Shown here: positions 31,833 to 42,372 of the stretch, in pieces
How the letters are laid out: every line of letters starts with the position of its first letter
Position numbering within the stretch: position 1 is the first letter of the stretch
NCBI GenBank assembly: GCA_047947115.1
Contig: CP170459.1
Location: 160,001 to 224,000 of the forward strand
Reading direction: 5' to 3'
Length of the DNA stretch: 64,000 nucleotides
DNA from: Verrucomicrobiota bacterium
GTDB lineage: Bacteria; Verrucomicrobiota; Verrucomicrobiia; Limisphaerales; AAA164-E04
Notes under the pieces: model-generated
Told to the model about the DNA's origin: nothing
The model's database searches: none
What the model saw: the letters and a program-made list of their open reading frames with translations, nothing else
Translations under genes and position numbers: made by a program

Positions 31833-32516
31833 ATGAGTAACAAAACATTCGGACAACTTGGTTACCCAGGGCGATTGATTGCCGTGGAAGGACTGGATGG
31901 TTCCGGCAAATCCACCCAGATCAAGCTGATCAAGCGCTGGATGGAATTGCAGGGACTCAAGGTCTTTTTCAGCGAATGGAATTCTTCCGTATTGGTTAAA
32001 TCAGCCACAAGTAAGGGAAAGAATCGAGAGTTGTTGACCCCGACCACGTTCAGTCTGATTCATGCCACGGACTTTGCCGACCGTTACGAGCGCCAATTGG
32101 TCCCTCTCTTGCGGGCCGGTTATCTGGTGTTGTGTGACCGTTACATCTTCACCGCTTTTGCGCGCGATGTTGTTCGAGGATGTTCGCCCGATTGGGTGAG
32201 AGGCATCTACGAATTCGCCGCTCAACCCGATCTGGTATTCTTCTTCAAGGCGCCACTGGAAACCTCCCTTGGCCGTATCCTGGACGGGCGTCCGCAGCTC
32301 AAGTATTTCGAGGCGGGCATGGACATGAACTTTTCGTCGGACATGTATGAATCTTTCCGCCTCTTTCAGGGGATGCAATTGGAGCAATATCTTGCCATGA
32401 GCACCGAGTTTGATTTTTTGATCGTGGATGCCAAAGGGAGAGTGGAAGAACAGCAGAGCGTTCTCCGACAATTGATCTCCGAACACATCAACCTGGATGC
32501 CTATAAAAAGGATTGA
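31833..32516 (+). CDS. thymidylate-kinase-like P-loop kinase, copy 1 (intact Walker A)
   Basis: EGLDGSGKST, HATDFADR, CDRYIFT. Confidence 0.88.
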   Translation: MSNKTFGQLGYPGRLIAVEGLDGSGKSTQIKLIKRWMELQGLKVFFSEWNSSVLVKSATSKGKNRELLTPTTFSLIHATDFADRYERQLVPLLRAGYLVLCDRYIFTAFARDVVRGCSPDWVRGIYEFAAQPDLVFFFKAPLETSLGRILDGRPQLKYFEAGMDMNFSSDMYESFRLFQGMQLEQYLAMSTEFDFLIVDAKGRVEEQQSVLRQLISEHINLDAYKKD

Positions 32517-32518
32517 TC

Positions 32519-33304
32519 ATGACAACACCGAACAAATCCAAGTCAGCGGCAAAAACCCGAAATGAGCGTCGAAAGGCCCAGTATCGAAAGCAGCTCCAGG
32601 TGGCTTTGCCCGCCCCGTCAAGCAAACTATCTTACGGGTGTGACATCCCCAATGTGGCTCTTGAAAAATTGACCGGTAAACTGATCGTGCTGGAGGGCGC
32701 GGACGGCTCGGGACGTTCCACTCAGATCCGGGAGCTGGTGGACTGGCTGGAAGGCAATGGACACGCCACGGTTCAAGTGGGACTCAAGCGATCCACTCTC
32801 GTCAGCGAAGAACTGGAACGTGCACAGGAAGGAAACATCCTGAGCCAAACCACCATGAGTCTTTTCTACGCAACCGACTTCGCAGATCAGTTGGAAAACA
32901 TGATCATCCCCTCTCTGAAGGCCGGTTTCATAGTCATTGCGGATCGTTACATCTACACACTCATGGCGCGTGATCTGGTGCGAGGCATGAATCCGATCTG
33001 GGTCAAAAATCTCTACAGCATTGCTCTCGTTCCCGACGCTGTGTTTTATCTGAACGTTTCACCAGAACACCTCATTCAACGCAATCTGGCCAAAACGCAA
33101 AGCCTGGATTACTGGGAAAGCGGCATGGATCTAGGCTTCACGCGCGACATGTTTGACAGTTTCTTGAAATATCAACAATTGATTCGGAAAGAATTCCTAC
33201 AGATGAAGAAGACCTACAAGTTCAACGTCATCAACGGAGATCGTCCAACCGAAGAAGTTTACGAAGAACTCAGAACTGCCATCGACAAAGTTATTTCCGG
33301 TTAG
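32519..33304 (+). CDS. thymidylate-kinase-like protein, copy 2 (Walker A K->R)
   Basis: EGADGSGRST, YATDFADQ, ADRYIYT. Confidence 0.88.
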   Translation: MTTPNKSKSAAKTRNERRKAQYRKQLQVALPAPSSKLSYGCDIPNVALEKLTGKLIVLEGADGSGRSTQIRELVDWLEGNGHATVQVGLKRSTLVSEELERAQEGNILSQTTMSLFYATDFADQLENMIIPSLKAGFIVIADRYIYTLMARDLVRGMNPIWVKNLYSIALVPDAVFYLNVSPEHLIQRNLAKTQSLDYWESGMDLGFTRDMFDSFLKYQQLIRKEFLQMKKTYKFNVINGDRPTEEVYEELRTAIDKVISG

Positions 33305-33457
33305 AAATTCATTTTGGATGCCTTTGCTTGTGGAGCCATCGATTTCGCGGATGGAAACAGGATTCAAAGATGTGGTCAGGCAAAGAAACCATCCCACCGG
33401 TGCTGGTCCTTGCAGCCCCGCCGGTCCGGCAAGGCATACGCGCGGGCAAAAAACGAG

Positions 33458-35518
33458 TCACACCATCCTGAAATCCTTTTCAGCTTTCAACAGGGTATAG
33501 CAATCCGGCAGATCCAGTTCCTTGAGCATCCCCGGCACAAAGCCGGAAAGTGGCCAATTGTATTCTTTGGATGTGGCAATGGAGTGGAACGATTCCAAAC
33601 CGTCCTTCAGGGTGATCGAGGTCACCGTTTCATTATAGAGAACGGCAAATGCAGCGGGCAGAGTCCCCCACTCCTTTGCCACCACATGAATCCGCTCATG
33701 GCCTGCCTGTTCCAGCCATTTCAGGACCTGCAGGACATCCAATGTCTTTTGCCCGACGTACGGCCTGTTCAGCATGATGCCATGAATGGCATAGAAGTAG
33801 TCATTGCCATAGGGCTGCAGAAAGGAATTTTCGCCGCATGTGTCCGGTTTGGATTCACCAACGCCGCGCACGTCGCAGGCATAAAAGGCCTTCTGAGACA
33901 GGTCGGAGGGGACCTGTCTGCGCACCCATTCATCGGCCTGCAACTCAGCATCTGCCGAATGATGCGATACGTACAACACCGCATCTTTCACTTCGGTTTT
34001 TGGACGTGAATAATGCTGCTCCTGACCAAGTCGATAGACGACAGCCTGCGCACCGGGCTCGGATTCGATGACATAGGTGGTCACATGAGGATGGGGATAA
34101 CCGCGACTACCGCGTGGTCTCAGAATTCGATAATAGGGAGCCACCCGTTTCGCGGGCAATGCAAGATAATCAGCCAGTTTCTGGCGGATTGTTTTGGCGG
34201 CAAGCTCAGAACGTTGCTTCTTGAAGTCAAGTGCTTTGTCTGAAGTGAAATCAAACACAGTCCTGGATCCAAGCGAAGCAACTTGCCCGGATTCCACACA
34301 TTGCAAATCCTGGTCCTTTTCCAATTTGATGTGCGTTTCCGGAGAGTCCTTTTGAATACCGGTTGCACGGTTGAACCACTGATACATGGCTTCTCGATTT
34401 TCCTGGGAGAATCCATGGTAAGTGGGCCCGACAAAAAACTGAACCTGATGTTCCACCCCCAAAAGACGATAAACGTGCTTGAGCTGCTCAAAGGCCTGAT
34501 GCGCGCCTCGAACGTCAAAATAGTCCTTCTCCTTGGCAAGGATGACCACCGGCTTGGGAGCCATCGCGATCAGGCAATCGACATGATCCACGCCCAGGTC
34601 AATGCAACGCGGAGGGCATTGTTCGGTGTCGGCGGGCAATTCATTCTCAAGGTTTCGCCGTAGTGTTGTGACAAAGCAACTCGGCGCGGCCATCGTCCAT
34701 CGTGATTCCAATCCACACAACCACGTAGTCATGGTGCCGCCACCGGAGTTACCCGTCACTCCGATATGGTTCGGATCCACCTCCTCACGGGTCAGCAGGT
34801 AATCCAGAGCACGTATCCCGTCCCAAGCCCTCCAGGCTCCGATGAATTCATCCACCAAAAACTGTTGGTTGCCGGCATACAGATGTTCTCTCACACCAAC
34901 GCCCACCGTGGATTTCAAATCGTCGTTCACATATTGCAGACGTTCCCCCTGTCCGATGGGATCATAAATCAGCACCACATAACCCATGCGCGCCAATCCT
35001 TGAGAAAAGGATTGATAAGCGGCTTCCGCTTTGCCGTTGGACGAGTGCCCGCATGTTCCGATGACACCGGGCATCGGCTTGTCGTGTTGGGTGGGAACAT
35101 ACAAATTGGCTGTGACCAGAAATCCGGGACGGCTTTCAAAAATCAGTTTCTCGACACGATACCCATCGCGCTCGAGCACTCCGGTGATGCGCGCGTTCAA
35201 CGGTGTCCGTTCGGGCTCGGGACCAAAGGAAGCACGTATGTGATGGCGGATGGTTTTGACGTATAATTCGGCATCGGATTTGGATTGCAAAGAGGCCCGG
35301 ATCTTGTCGCTCTTCCCGGTCTCCTCCCGCACACGTCGCACATAGAACTCCTGGACCATCCGAGGAAAACGATTCAATGACTGCCTTTCGCCCACAGCAC
35401 CCTGCCCCCACAAAGAAGGAGTCCATAGAGATCTGGAAACGGATGCCCAGCCGACCACCAGGCCTGCGGTTGATTTGGCCCATTGACGCCGCGAAATGGA
35501 ATTGGATTTTGTGCTCAT
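33458..35518 (-). CDS. Tat-exported two-domain alpha/beta hydrolase (acetylxylan esterase-like)
   Basis: SRRQW, FESRPG, YDPIGQGER, GNSGGG; second domain has a degenerate nucleophile elbow. Confidence 0.8.
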   Translation of the reverse strand: MSTKSNSISRRQWAKSTAGLVVGWASVSRSLWTPSLWGQGAVGERQSLNRFPRMVQEFYVRRVREETGKSDKIRASLQSKSDAELYVKTIRHHIRASFGPEPERTPLNARITGVLERDGYRVEKLIFESRPGFLVTANLYVPTQHDKPMPGVIGTCGHSSNGKAEAAYQSFSQGLARMGYVVLIYDPIGQGERLQYVNDDLKSTVGVGVREHLYAGNQQFLVDEFIGAWRAWDGIRALDYLLTREEVDPNHIGVTGNSGGGTMTTWLCGLESRWTMAAPSCFVTTLRRNLENELPADTEQCPPRCIDLGVDHVDCLIAMAPKPVVILAKEKDYFDVRGAHQAFEQLKHVYRLLGVEHQVQFFVGPTYHGFSQENREAMYQWFNRATGIQKDSPETHIKLEKDQDLQCVESGQVASLGSRTVFDFTSDKALDFKKQRSELAAKTIRQKLADYLALPAKRVAPYYRILRPRGSRGYPHPHVTTYVIESEPGAQAVVYRLGQEQHYSRPKTEVKDAVLYVSHHSADAELQADEWVRRQVPSDLSQKAFYACDVRGVGESKPDTCGENSFLQPYGNDYFYAIHGIMLNRPYVGQKTLDVLQVLKWLEQAGHERIHVVAKEWGTLPAAFAVLYNETVTSITLKDGLESFHSIATSKEYNWPLSGFVPGMLKELDLPDCYTLLKAEKDFRMV

Positions 35519-35615
35519 GACTGTGGAAATGGTTACCCACCTTTCATGAACCTCCAACGCCCGTTCATCAAGGAAAAAGCATTTCCATCACAGAGCTGTC
35601 AAGGCGCCCGCAAAG

Positions 35616-35812
35616 GTTGAGACGTGTTGTCCCTGACACGTCCCTTGCGATGTTGGAAGTCCATTGAATCCCGGTTTCGGGAAGCCTGTCGTTCTCACTG
35701 AACAGCATTCTTAGCTTGGGCGGGAACGAACGATTTGTGGTTCGAATAGGTCAGGGTTTTCATCTGGATCGCATTCCTGAACATGCAAGTCACGAGGTGC
35801 GGACCAGGATCC
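35616..35812. repeat. dispersed REP-doublet family, copy C
   Basis: Colinear over ~200 bp with 49200-49395. Confidence 0.8.
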
Positions 35813-35846
35813 GCGCGGTCGCGGGGCAGCCTGGTCCGATCTGGCC

Positions 35847-36770
35847 TCAGCCCGCCCCACGTGAAGTCCATCTGCGGTATCCCCAGAAACATCCCCAAAG
35901 CAGACACAGCAACCAGGGGGCCACCATCACACTCATGGCGGCGGCGGTTCCAAATTTCCCGAAGGAAAAGGCGCTTTGATAGGTATAGGACACCAGCAGC
36001 AGACCGGCATCAGCCGTGCCCCCTGAACCGCCCAGCAACACATAGGCGCCACTGAAAAGCGCAAACGCATCCACGATGAGATAGACGAGACAAAACAAAA
36101 GCACATGTCTCAGGAAAGGCAGGGTCACCCATCGAAACCGATGCCAGGCTTTGGTGGATTCGACCTGTAAGGCCTCGTAATACATCTTGGGAATGGATTC
36201 CATGGCGGCCACGAGAAAAAAAGTTATGAATCCCAACCACCTCCAAACGCATTGAAGCACCAAAGCCATCAGGATGAAGTCGGGATCTTTCAGCCAGTTG
36301 ATGGGTTTGCCCCCAAACGGAATCACAAACCATTGGTTCAACAGTCCCTGACGTCCGTGAAAGACCAACAAAAACAACAGGGCCAGGACCGCGGGTGGTG
36401 TGAGCCCGGGAAGCAACATCATGAACTGAAAAGCCGGCCGCAAACGGGCATGCACCGATTTCAAACCGTGCGCCAGCAACAAGGACAAAGGCAAAATCAG
36501 TCCAATCGATGCCAATGTGTAAACCGCCGTATTGCGGACCGCCTTGAAGTATCGACCGTCATTCAGGAGTTCACGGTAATGCTGCAGTCCCACAAAGGAG
36601 GACTCTCCGAACAATTGATCAGAGTAGAGGCTCATACGCACTCCCCCGATCAAAGGTGCGAGCCAGAAGCAAACGAAGAGAATAAAAAAAGGCGCCAGCA
36701 GTCCGTATACTGCGTGGCGCCTTGCAAAGTTCATGAAACCGTTTCGGACAGGTTCCGGATCGAATGGCAC
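35847..36770 (-). CDS. carbohydrate ABC transporter permease
   Basis: FVGLQHY, EAA-like loop IPKMYYEALQVE, RFRWVTLPFL, FGTAAAMS. Confidence 0.88.
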   Translation of the reverse strand: MPFDPEPVRNGFMNFARRHAVYGLLAPFFILFVCFWLAPLIGGVRMSLYSDQLFGESSFVGLQHYRELLNDGRYFKAVRNTAVYTLASIGLILPLSLLLAHGLKSVHARLRPAFQFMMLLPGLTPPAVLALLFLLVFHGRQGLLNQWFVIPFGGKPINWLKDPDFILMALVLQCVWRWLGFITFFLVAAMESIPKMYYEALQVESTKAWHRFRWVTLPFLRHVLLFCLVYLIVDAFALFSGAYVLLGGSGGTADAGLLLVSYTYQSAFSFGKFGTAAAMSVMVAPWLLCLLWGCFWGYRRWTSRGAG

Positions 36771-36776
36771 GCGTTC

Positions 36777-38051
36777 CTATTCCTTCAGCATTGTCCGCAT
36801 TTGGCGGATGGTTTCCTTGGGGCTGATCTGACCATACATCAGCGAGCTGAAGAAATTTTCCTGGAACAGGAAAACCGCCTGGGGACGTTTGGGATGCATC
36901 ACCACTTCGGGAAGTTCCGGAGCCAGCTGGGTCAGCAGGTCCCCGAATTTCTGATGACTGAAGTAGGCGTTGGGCTGGTGCAGACGCTCGTCATCCCATG
37001 CCGGCTGAAAGGCAGGAAAACTGTTCCCTCCCACAAATCGCTCAACGTTGGCTTCCTTGTCCTTGATAACCCATTCAATGAATTTCCAGGCTTCTTCGAT
37101 TTTCTTGCTGTTTTTGTAGATCAATAATCCCTGCCCCGCAAAAGTGGAAGTGCGACGGCCAGGCACACCAAAACGATCCTTCCAAGCGGGCAGCGGCATG
37201 ACGCCCCACTTGCCTTTGAGTTCGGGAGAAAATTGCTGGATCATGTCCAGTCCATACCAATCAGCTCCAATGATGCTGAGCACTTCTCCGTAATTGACCA
37301 TGCTGCTGAAGAAGACAGGATCAAAAATGCTGGCGCGTTCAGGAATCAATCCGATGCCTTCATCATTGAGCATGTAGAGCCAGTTCATGACCGACTCGGA
37401 TTCGGCTTCATCGGGGAACATCCGCCCGGCGCGATCAAACCAGTCTGCGCCTTTCTGGCGCAACAGGATTTCAAAATAAGTGGGGTCGAGAGCAATCAGT
37501 GCCTGATTCTTTTTGGCAAGTTCACGACCTGTGTCCACGAAATCGTCCCAGGTGGCGATATCTTCCGGATCGATGCCGTGTTCCTTGAACAAATCGGTAC
37601 GGTAATAAAGCACCATGGCGCTCAGGGATTGAGGCAAGCCGTAGATCGCATCACCTTTGGCAAACAACTTCAGGCGCTGAGGAACGATTCCTTTGTCCAA
37701 CTCCGCTTTTTGGACGCGTTCGGCCAAGTCAACGAATGGCACTTCATCGGCCAGGTAGCTACCGAACAGCACTTCATCCAATTGCACGATATCGGGCGGA
37801 TTGGTTCCGGTTTTGATGGCAATGGCCAGTTTGTCAGGCATCTCACGAAATCCGAAGGCCTGAATATCCGCCTTGAATTCGGAATCCACTCTGGCCTGAT
37901 ACTCCTTGACCATTTTCTCATAATAGGTCTTGTCCTGAAAGGAACTGATCCAGAGATTGACGGGTTCCGCTGCAACGGCAGACCCCACAGCGAGCAATGC
38001 CGCGGCGCCAAACAGCTGTACCACAGAATGCAACTTGGTAAAAAGGCTCAT
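36777..38051 (-). CDS. carbohydrate ABC transporter substrate-binding protein
   Basis: Signal peptide, PPDIVQLD, IYGLP, LYYRTDLF, TWDDF, WGVMPLP. Confidence 0.9.
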   Translation of the reverse strand: MSLFTKLHSVVQLFGAAALLAVGSAVAAEPVNLWISSFQDKTYYEKMVKEYQARVDSEFKADIQAFGFREMPDKLAIAIKTGTNPPDIVQLDEVLFGSYLADEVPFVDLAERVQKAELDKGIVPQRLKLFAKGDAIYGLPQSLSAMVLYYRTDLFKEHGIDPEDIATWDDFVDTGRELAKKNQALIALDPTYFEILLRQKGADWFDRAGRMFPDEAESESVMNWLYMLNDEGIGLIPERASIFDPVFFSSMVNYGEVLSIIGADWYGLDMIQQFSPELKGKWGVMPLPAWKDRFGVPGRRTSTFAGQGLLIYKNSKKIEEAWKFIEWVIKDKEANVERFVGGNSFPAFQPAWDDERLHQPNAYFSHQKFGDLLTQLAPELPEVVMHPKRPQAVFLFQENFFSSLMYGQISPKETIRQMRTMLKE

Positions 38052-38339
38052 ATAACTAAAACAATGAATGGGTGCTTGATTTAATTTGTAACGAAAAGGA
38101 ATACTACCGAACTCAAGATTGGATAGCAATCCCTTGATTTTGGACATCTCGACTTCAAATTCTATTCATCCGGAGTCCCGAACAACCTATTTTCTCTCAC
38201 GGAGCCAGCAGGCCGCGAAGAATTGAAATATTGAGAGAAGTAGCACACCCAAAAACTTTTTGCCTTAGGGCCTTTGTGTGAAAAAAATGCACTCACAGAT
38301 TGCCATCGGCCGATCGAATTAGGCACATTGTCCCCCGTC

Positions 38340-39098
38340 ATGCTGCGACGTGTTCTTGCTCACCCCATTCGTTTTACTTCCAGACTGACCCGATTCTTGC
38401 TGATGTTGCTCCGGGCAGGGCTGGATGGCTCCCGCATGCGCCTGAGAGGTGAGGTGTCGCGGCCGGAACGCAATCAATGGATGAGAAAATGGAGCCGCCA
38501 CATTGCCTCATCCCTAGACATCAAAATCAACGTCCATGGAAATCCTCCCAAACACGGTTTGTTGGTCGCCAATCATTTGAGTTATCTGGACATCATCGTT
38601 CTCGGCACCACGACGCCAGCTACTTTTCTCAGTAAGGCCGAAGTGAGGTGGTGGCCGGCAATTGGCTGGCTCACTCAGTTTGCGGGAACCCTTTACGTCA
38701 AGCGCGAGAAAAAAAAGGATCTGCACGCCTTGGCCGAGTCATTCTCGGAGGTTTGGGAGGAAAAGTCTCTGATTGTCATGTTCCCTGAAGGAACCAGTTC
38801 CAATGGAGAAACCATCCTGCCCTTCCGTTCATCACTCCTGAAACCGGCATGTGACAATCAACAGCCTGTTACTCCCGCGTATGTTCGTTATGTGTGTGAG
38901 GGAGGGACTTTGATAGATGATGTTTATTTCTGGGGAGACATGGCTTTTGTACCCCATTTGATTCGGATGCTTTGCCTGGAATCTGTCAGCGCCGAGATCC
39001 ATTTCGGAGCAACCCGGTATCCGCAGGGTCAGGATCGAAAGGAAATCACCAAGCTACTAAGGGAAGACATCCTGGCTATGAAATCGGATCACCCGTAG
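38340..39098 (+). CDS. lysophospholipid acyltransferase (PlsC family)
   Basis: NHLSYLD, FPEGTSS. Confidence 0.9.
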   Translation: MLRRVLAHPIRFTSRLTRFLLMLLRAGLDGSRMRLRGEVSRPERNQWMRKWSRHIASSLDIKINVHGNPPKHGLLVANHLSYLDIIVLGTTTPATFLSKAEVRWWPAIGWLTQFAGTLYVKREKKKDLHALAESFSEVWEEKSLIVMFPEGTSSNGETILPFRSSLLKPACDNQQPVTPAYVRYVCEGGTLIDDVYFWGDMAFVPHLIRMLCLESVSAEIHFGATRYPQGQDRKEITKLLREDILAMKSDHP

Positions 39099-39147
39099 GA
39101 GGAACCGGGCGCGAAAGGAAAGAACTCCTTTTGGAAAGACAGCCAAT

Positions 39148-39903
39148 CTAACGTCTCGCCACGACAAAACCGTTGAACATGCCATATTTCCATGGGCCAA
39201 GGTTCAGGCAAAAGTCAACAAGCGGGGGGACTATTCGATCCGTGCAGGCGACGGATTCTATGCGACATCCGTAATGGCGAAGAAACCCCGCGATCTCCAG
39301 CGGATTGGTGGCTATGATGGCATCGTCATCCGGCGTGAACGGTTCTTTGACGATGGGTTCCATCCGGTCAAACCCCCAATGTTCAAACGCCCCTTTCATG
39401 AGTTTGCGTTTGGTCATCAGGCGTTTAAAATTGGCCCACTTGTTGCCGACGCCTCTCATTTTCGGGTGATAATCCTTAAAACCCAGTACTCGAAAAAAGT
39501 TGGGACTTGATACAACCACTTTTCCCCCGGGACGAACCACCCTGACAATTTCCTTCAGGAACGCTTCGGGTTGCTCCACGTGTTCCAACACATTAAAGGC
39601 GCCCACTGCACCAAAAAAACGAGCTTCAAAAGGCAACGTTTTTCCATCGTAGAACTGACATTTGTCGGAGTGCTGCCGCGCTCGCTCGACATTCGGATGG
39701 GACACATCCACACCGTGAGCATCCACTCCGCATGAGGTCAGTTCCGCCACCACCTGCCCCACGCCACATCCGACATCCAAAACGGGCAGGTCCTTTGAGT
39801 CAGGCACCATGGTATTGATATACTTCTGGTAAAATGATACGTCCCAAGCAGAGAGAAACTCGGCGTAGGCTTGATTATCTTGATAGGTTTCCTGGTGTCC
39901 CAT
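39148..39903 (-). CDS. class I SAM-dependent methyltransferase
   Basis: VLDVGCGVG, VLEHV, RVVRPGG. Confidence 0.9.
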   Translation of the reverse strand: MGHQETYQDNQAYAEFLSAWDVSFYQKYINTMVPDSKDLPVLDVGCGVGQVVAELTSCGVDAHGVDVSHPNVERARQHSDKCQFYDGKTLPFEARFFGAVGAFNVLEHVEQPEAFLKEIVRVVRPGGKVVVSSPNFFRVLGFKDYHPKMRGVGNKWANFKRLMTKRKLMKGAFEHWGFDRMEPIVKEPFTPDDDAIIATNPLEIAGFLRHYGCRIESVACTDRIVPPLVDFCLNLGPWKYGMFNGFVVARR

Positions 39904-40138
39904 GTGCTGGCGGCTTCAAGCAAGCATCCCAAAAGCATGACTTCGACGGGGATATGCCACCGCACGCCCGGTGGCGCGACCGCGGAACACACCTGACGTT
40001 GCATAACCCCGCCCCCCTCGCGGACCCGCAGCCCCCGTGTATCGGGAGGCCATGGCTTGCCGGGTGGCGACTTTGGTTGGATGCTTGAACATTCGGGAAG
40101 GATTGAACCACAACCGACGCACAAAAAAAAGCTCCGAC

Positions 40139-41263
40139 TTAATCCGCTGGATCATTCTTCTTCTCCTCGCCACACGAACTGCAGTGGGTCAGGAGTGAAT
40201 GACGTACGTGATGACAAGACGAGCATTCTTCAAACAACCGGGTACCACATGAAGGACAGCTATAAGTCTGCTCCGCTTCGGAATCCCCCGAGTGTGGAAT
40301 GGTTTTGTGCACCGTCCGACGCGTCCAGTATAGAAATCTGCGCGGCCCAGTGCGAATCGGGTATTCGCAGATCGGACAAAGAAACCGTTCGTAGGCCTCA
40401 CGATATTGCTTTTGCAGCCAATTCTTACCGGGAAAGGCAACGATTCCGATGGCATGGACCAGAACTTTTCCCACACCCGCCAGCAGGGTCAGGATAAGGA
40501 TGTATTTCACATACTGAGCGGGGAAATACTTGTTCACCACCCAAAAGGCTTTGATCAAAGTAGCAACCCCAAACGCGAGGAATACCGGAAAATAAACACT
40601 TTGGTTCCGGCGTATGACCAAAAAACCGGCCAACACCAGCAAGGGCACCAGCAGACACAGTTCCAAAGTGGCCAACCACATGCGATGTTTGCGAACCAGC
40701 TCGCTGTACTCTTCCCTGGCGGGAATCAGCAATTCATTGATTTGTGCATCCAATGCCTGCTTTTCATCCTCGGCGAGCCGTTTCTGCTCGGCTTGATCGT
40801 GCAGGTTTTGGTTAAAGGTCTGGAATGAGGTCTGGGTTTCCAGGAATTGGTTCAGCGTATTGGCCAGGTTTTGCTGGTCGTTTTCTGAAAGAGGCAATTC
40901 CTTTTGAAGGGACAACTTTTGCAATTCAACCAACTGGACGATGGTGTCCTGCAGATTTCTCGATCCATCCGACAAGATACGCTGTTCCTCCTGCAAACGG
41001 GTTATCCGGCGGCCAAGATTCCCAATTTCAACGTTCAATTCTTTCGAACGATCCCTGAGCGCGACATCCACCCGGTTGGTTTCGATACTTTGCCAATCGG
41101 GCCCTTTGATGGATTCAATGTCCCGAATAAAAAAGCCTTCCAGCAAATAGGTGAGTATTCCGAGGGCCAGCGTCAGAACCCAGATCACCATCCGGTTTAA
41201 CCAGGGCCCTTTGGGGCGGCTTCGGGTGGATTTGGCAGGCTGGGTTGAGCTGGTAGTTTTCAT
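40139..41263 (-). CDS. membrane protein with coiled coil and C-terminal zinc ribbons
   Basis: TM helix, long coiled coil, three TM helices, then CPIC, CPSC, CSSC, CSSC. Confidence 0.8.
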   Translation of the reverse strand: MKTTSSTQPAKSTRSRPKGPWLNRMVIWVLTLALGILTYLLEGFFIRDIESIKGPDWQSIETNRVDVALRDRSKELNVEIGNLGRRITRLQEEQRILSDGSRNLQDTIVQLVELQKLSLQKELPLSENDQQNLANTLNQFLETQTSFQTFNQNLHDQAEQKRLAEDEKQALDAQINELLIPAREEYSELVRKHRMWLATLELCLLVPLLVLAGFLVIRRNQSVYFPVFLAFGVATLIKAFWVVNKYFPAQYVKYILILTLLAGVGKVLVHAIGIVAFPGKNWLQKQYREAYERFLCPICEYPIRTGPRRFLYWTRRTVHKTIPHSGDSEAEQTYSCPSCGTRLFEECSSCHHVRHSLLTHCSSCGEEKKNDPAD

Positions 41264-41307
41264 GTTAACTGGCAAACTGGTTTGGAACGATCTTGCCTGA
41301 ATCAAAG

Positions 41308-42095
41308 CTACGCCTCGATTGAATGAGACGCAAGACCAGAGGGCAAAAGTAAGTCCATCTCCCGACCAAGTAACTTCAAAGCGGGCTTATCATCGTGAAG
41401 AAGAAATGCTTTTTTGATGTGATCCGCTTTCACACCACTCACGCTTAGTTGATGGTCTTCAGGCCAATCAAAGACATGCAAAAAAAACTTGTTGCCCTTG
41501 CCCGTAATACGTCCCCACACCTGCCCTGGTATACTTGATTTCCGGGTTCCGTAGATGGCATCGCCATGAACCTCCAACCATTCGCCCATAGCGATCAAAC
41601 GGTCCTGCAGGATCACCGGATTCGTCCCATCCGCAGCAGGCCCTATGTTCAACAACAAGTTGCCCCCATTTGAAACCAGATCAATCAACATCCGAACCAC
41701 GCTTTCCCTTTTCTGGTAATCGTCATAGCCCTCCAATCGATTCAGCCCAAAGCTGTGCCCGATGCCGCGACATTCTTCGAATGGTTTGTTTTGGCGTAAT
41801 CCTGGTAACGAACATCCTCTCCATAACGGGATTTATGGAAATTGGATACTTTTCCGTCATGCGATTTGGTTCGCAACCAATGCCAATACCATTCGGAGTA
41901 GGTTGATTTGTCACAATAGGCCGGAACCGAATAAACGCCCCAATGAATGAAAATCCCGAATTTGGCGTCACCAAACCAAGAGGGTGATGGACGTGCGTTA
42001 AGAGATTCCCAATTGGGCTGGTAAGTGGATTCAGCCAACAGGTTTTGAATCAAAACCAACAGAAGGCCCAACGAAACCAAAGGTAATGATTTCAT
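41308..42095 (-). pseudogene. GH29 alpha-L-fucosidase with large internal deletion
   Basis: [19 protein letters not shown]...YQDYAK is joined out of frame near 41790 to [13 protein letters not shown]...VSNGGNLLLNIGP; the central barrel is missing. Confidence 0.88.
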
Positions 42096-42230
42096 GCTGC
42101 CAGTCTAAGAAAGGAAGTCCCTGAATCATAGCAATTCCTTGTCAAGCATTGCACATATCCTGCTAAATCCGAAGCCAAAGGTCGGATCAAAAAGCCGGCT
42201 TCTCAGGAATCAGCGTAAGCCACCCTGCAG

Positions 42231-42372
42231 GTAGGACGTGCCGTCCCTGGCGCGTCGCCTTGTGGACAACATCACCAAAGCTGGTTTTCGTTGTGGGAAG
42301 CCTTTGGTTCCCGAACACCATACATCCGCATCCCTGTCGCTCGCGGGCGGACCGGGACGGTCCGATCTACCC
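42231..42372. repeat. dispersed REP-doublet family, copy D
   Basis: GTAG-GACGTGCC-gtccct-GGCGCGTC at the left; inverted GTAG-ATCGGACC-gtccc-GGTCCG at the right. Confidence 0.8.

Noticed and set aside
31833..33304. Gene symbol tmk
   Set aside because: Paired layout, altered P-loop and missing tmk context argue against a canonical thymidylate kinase.
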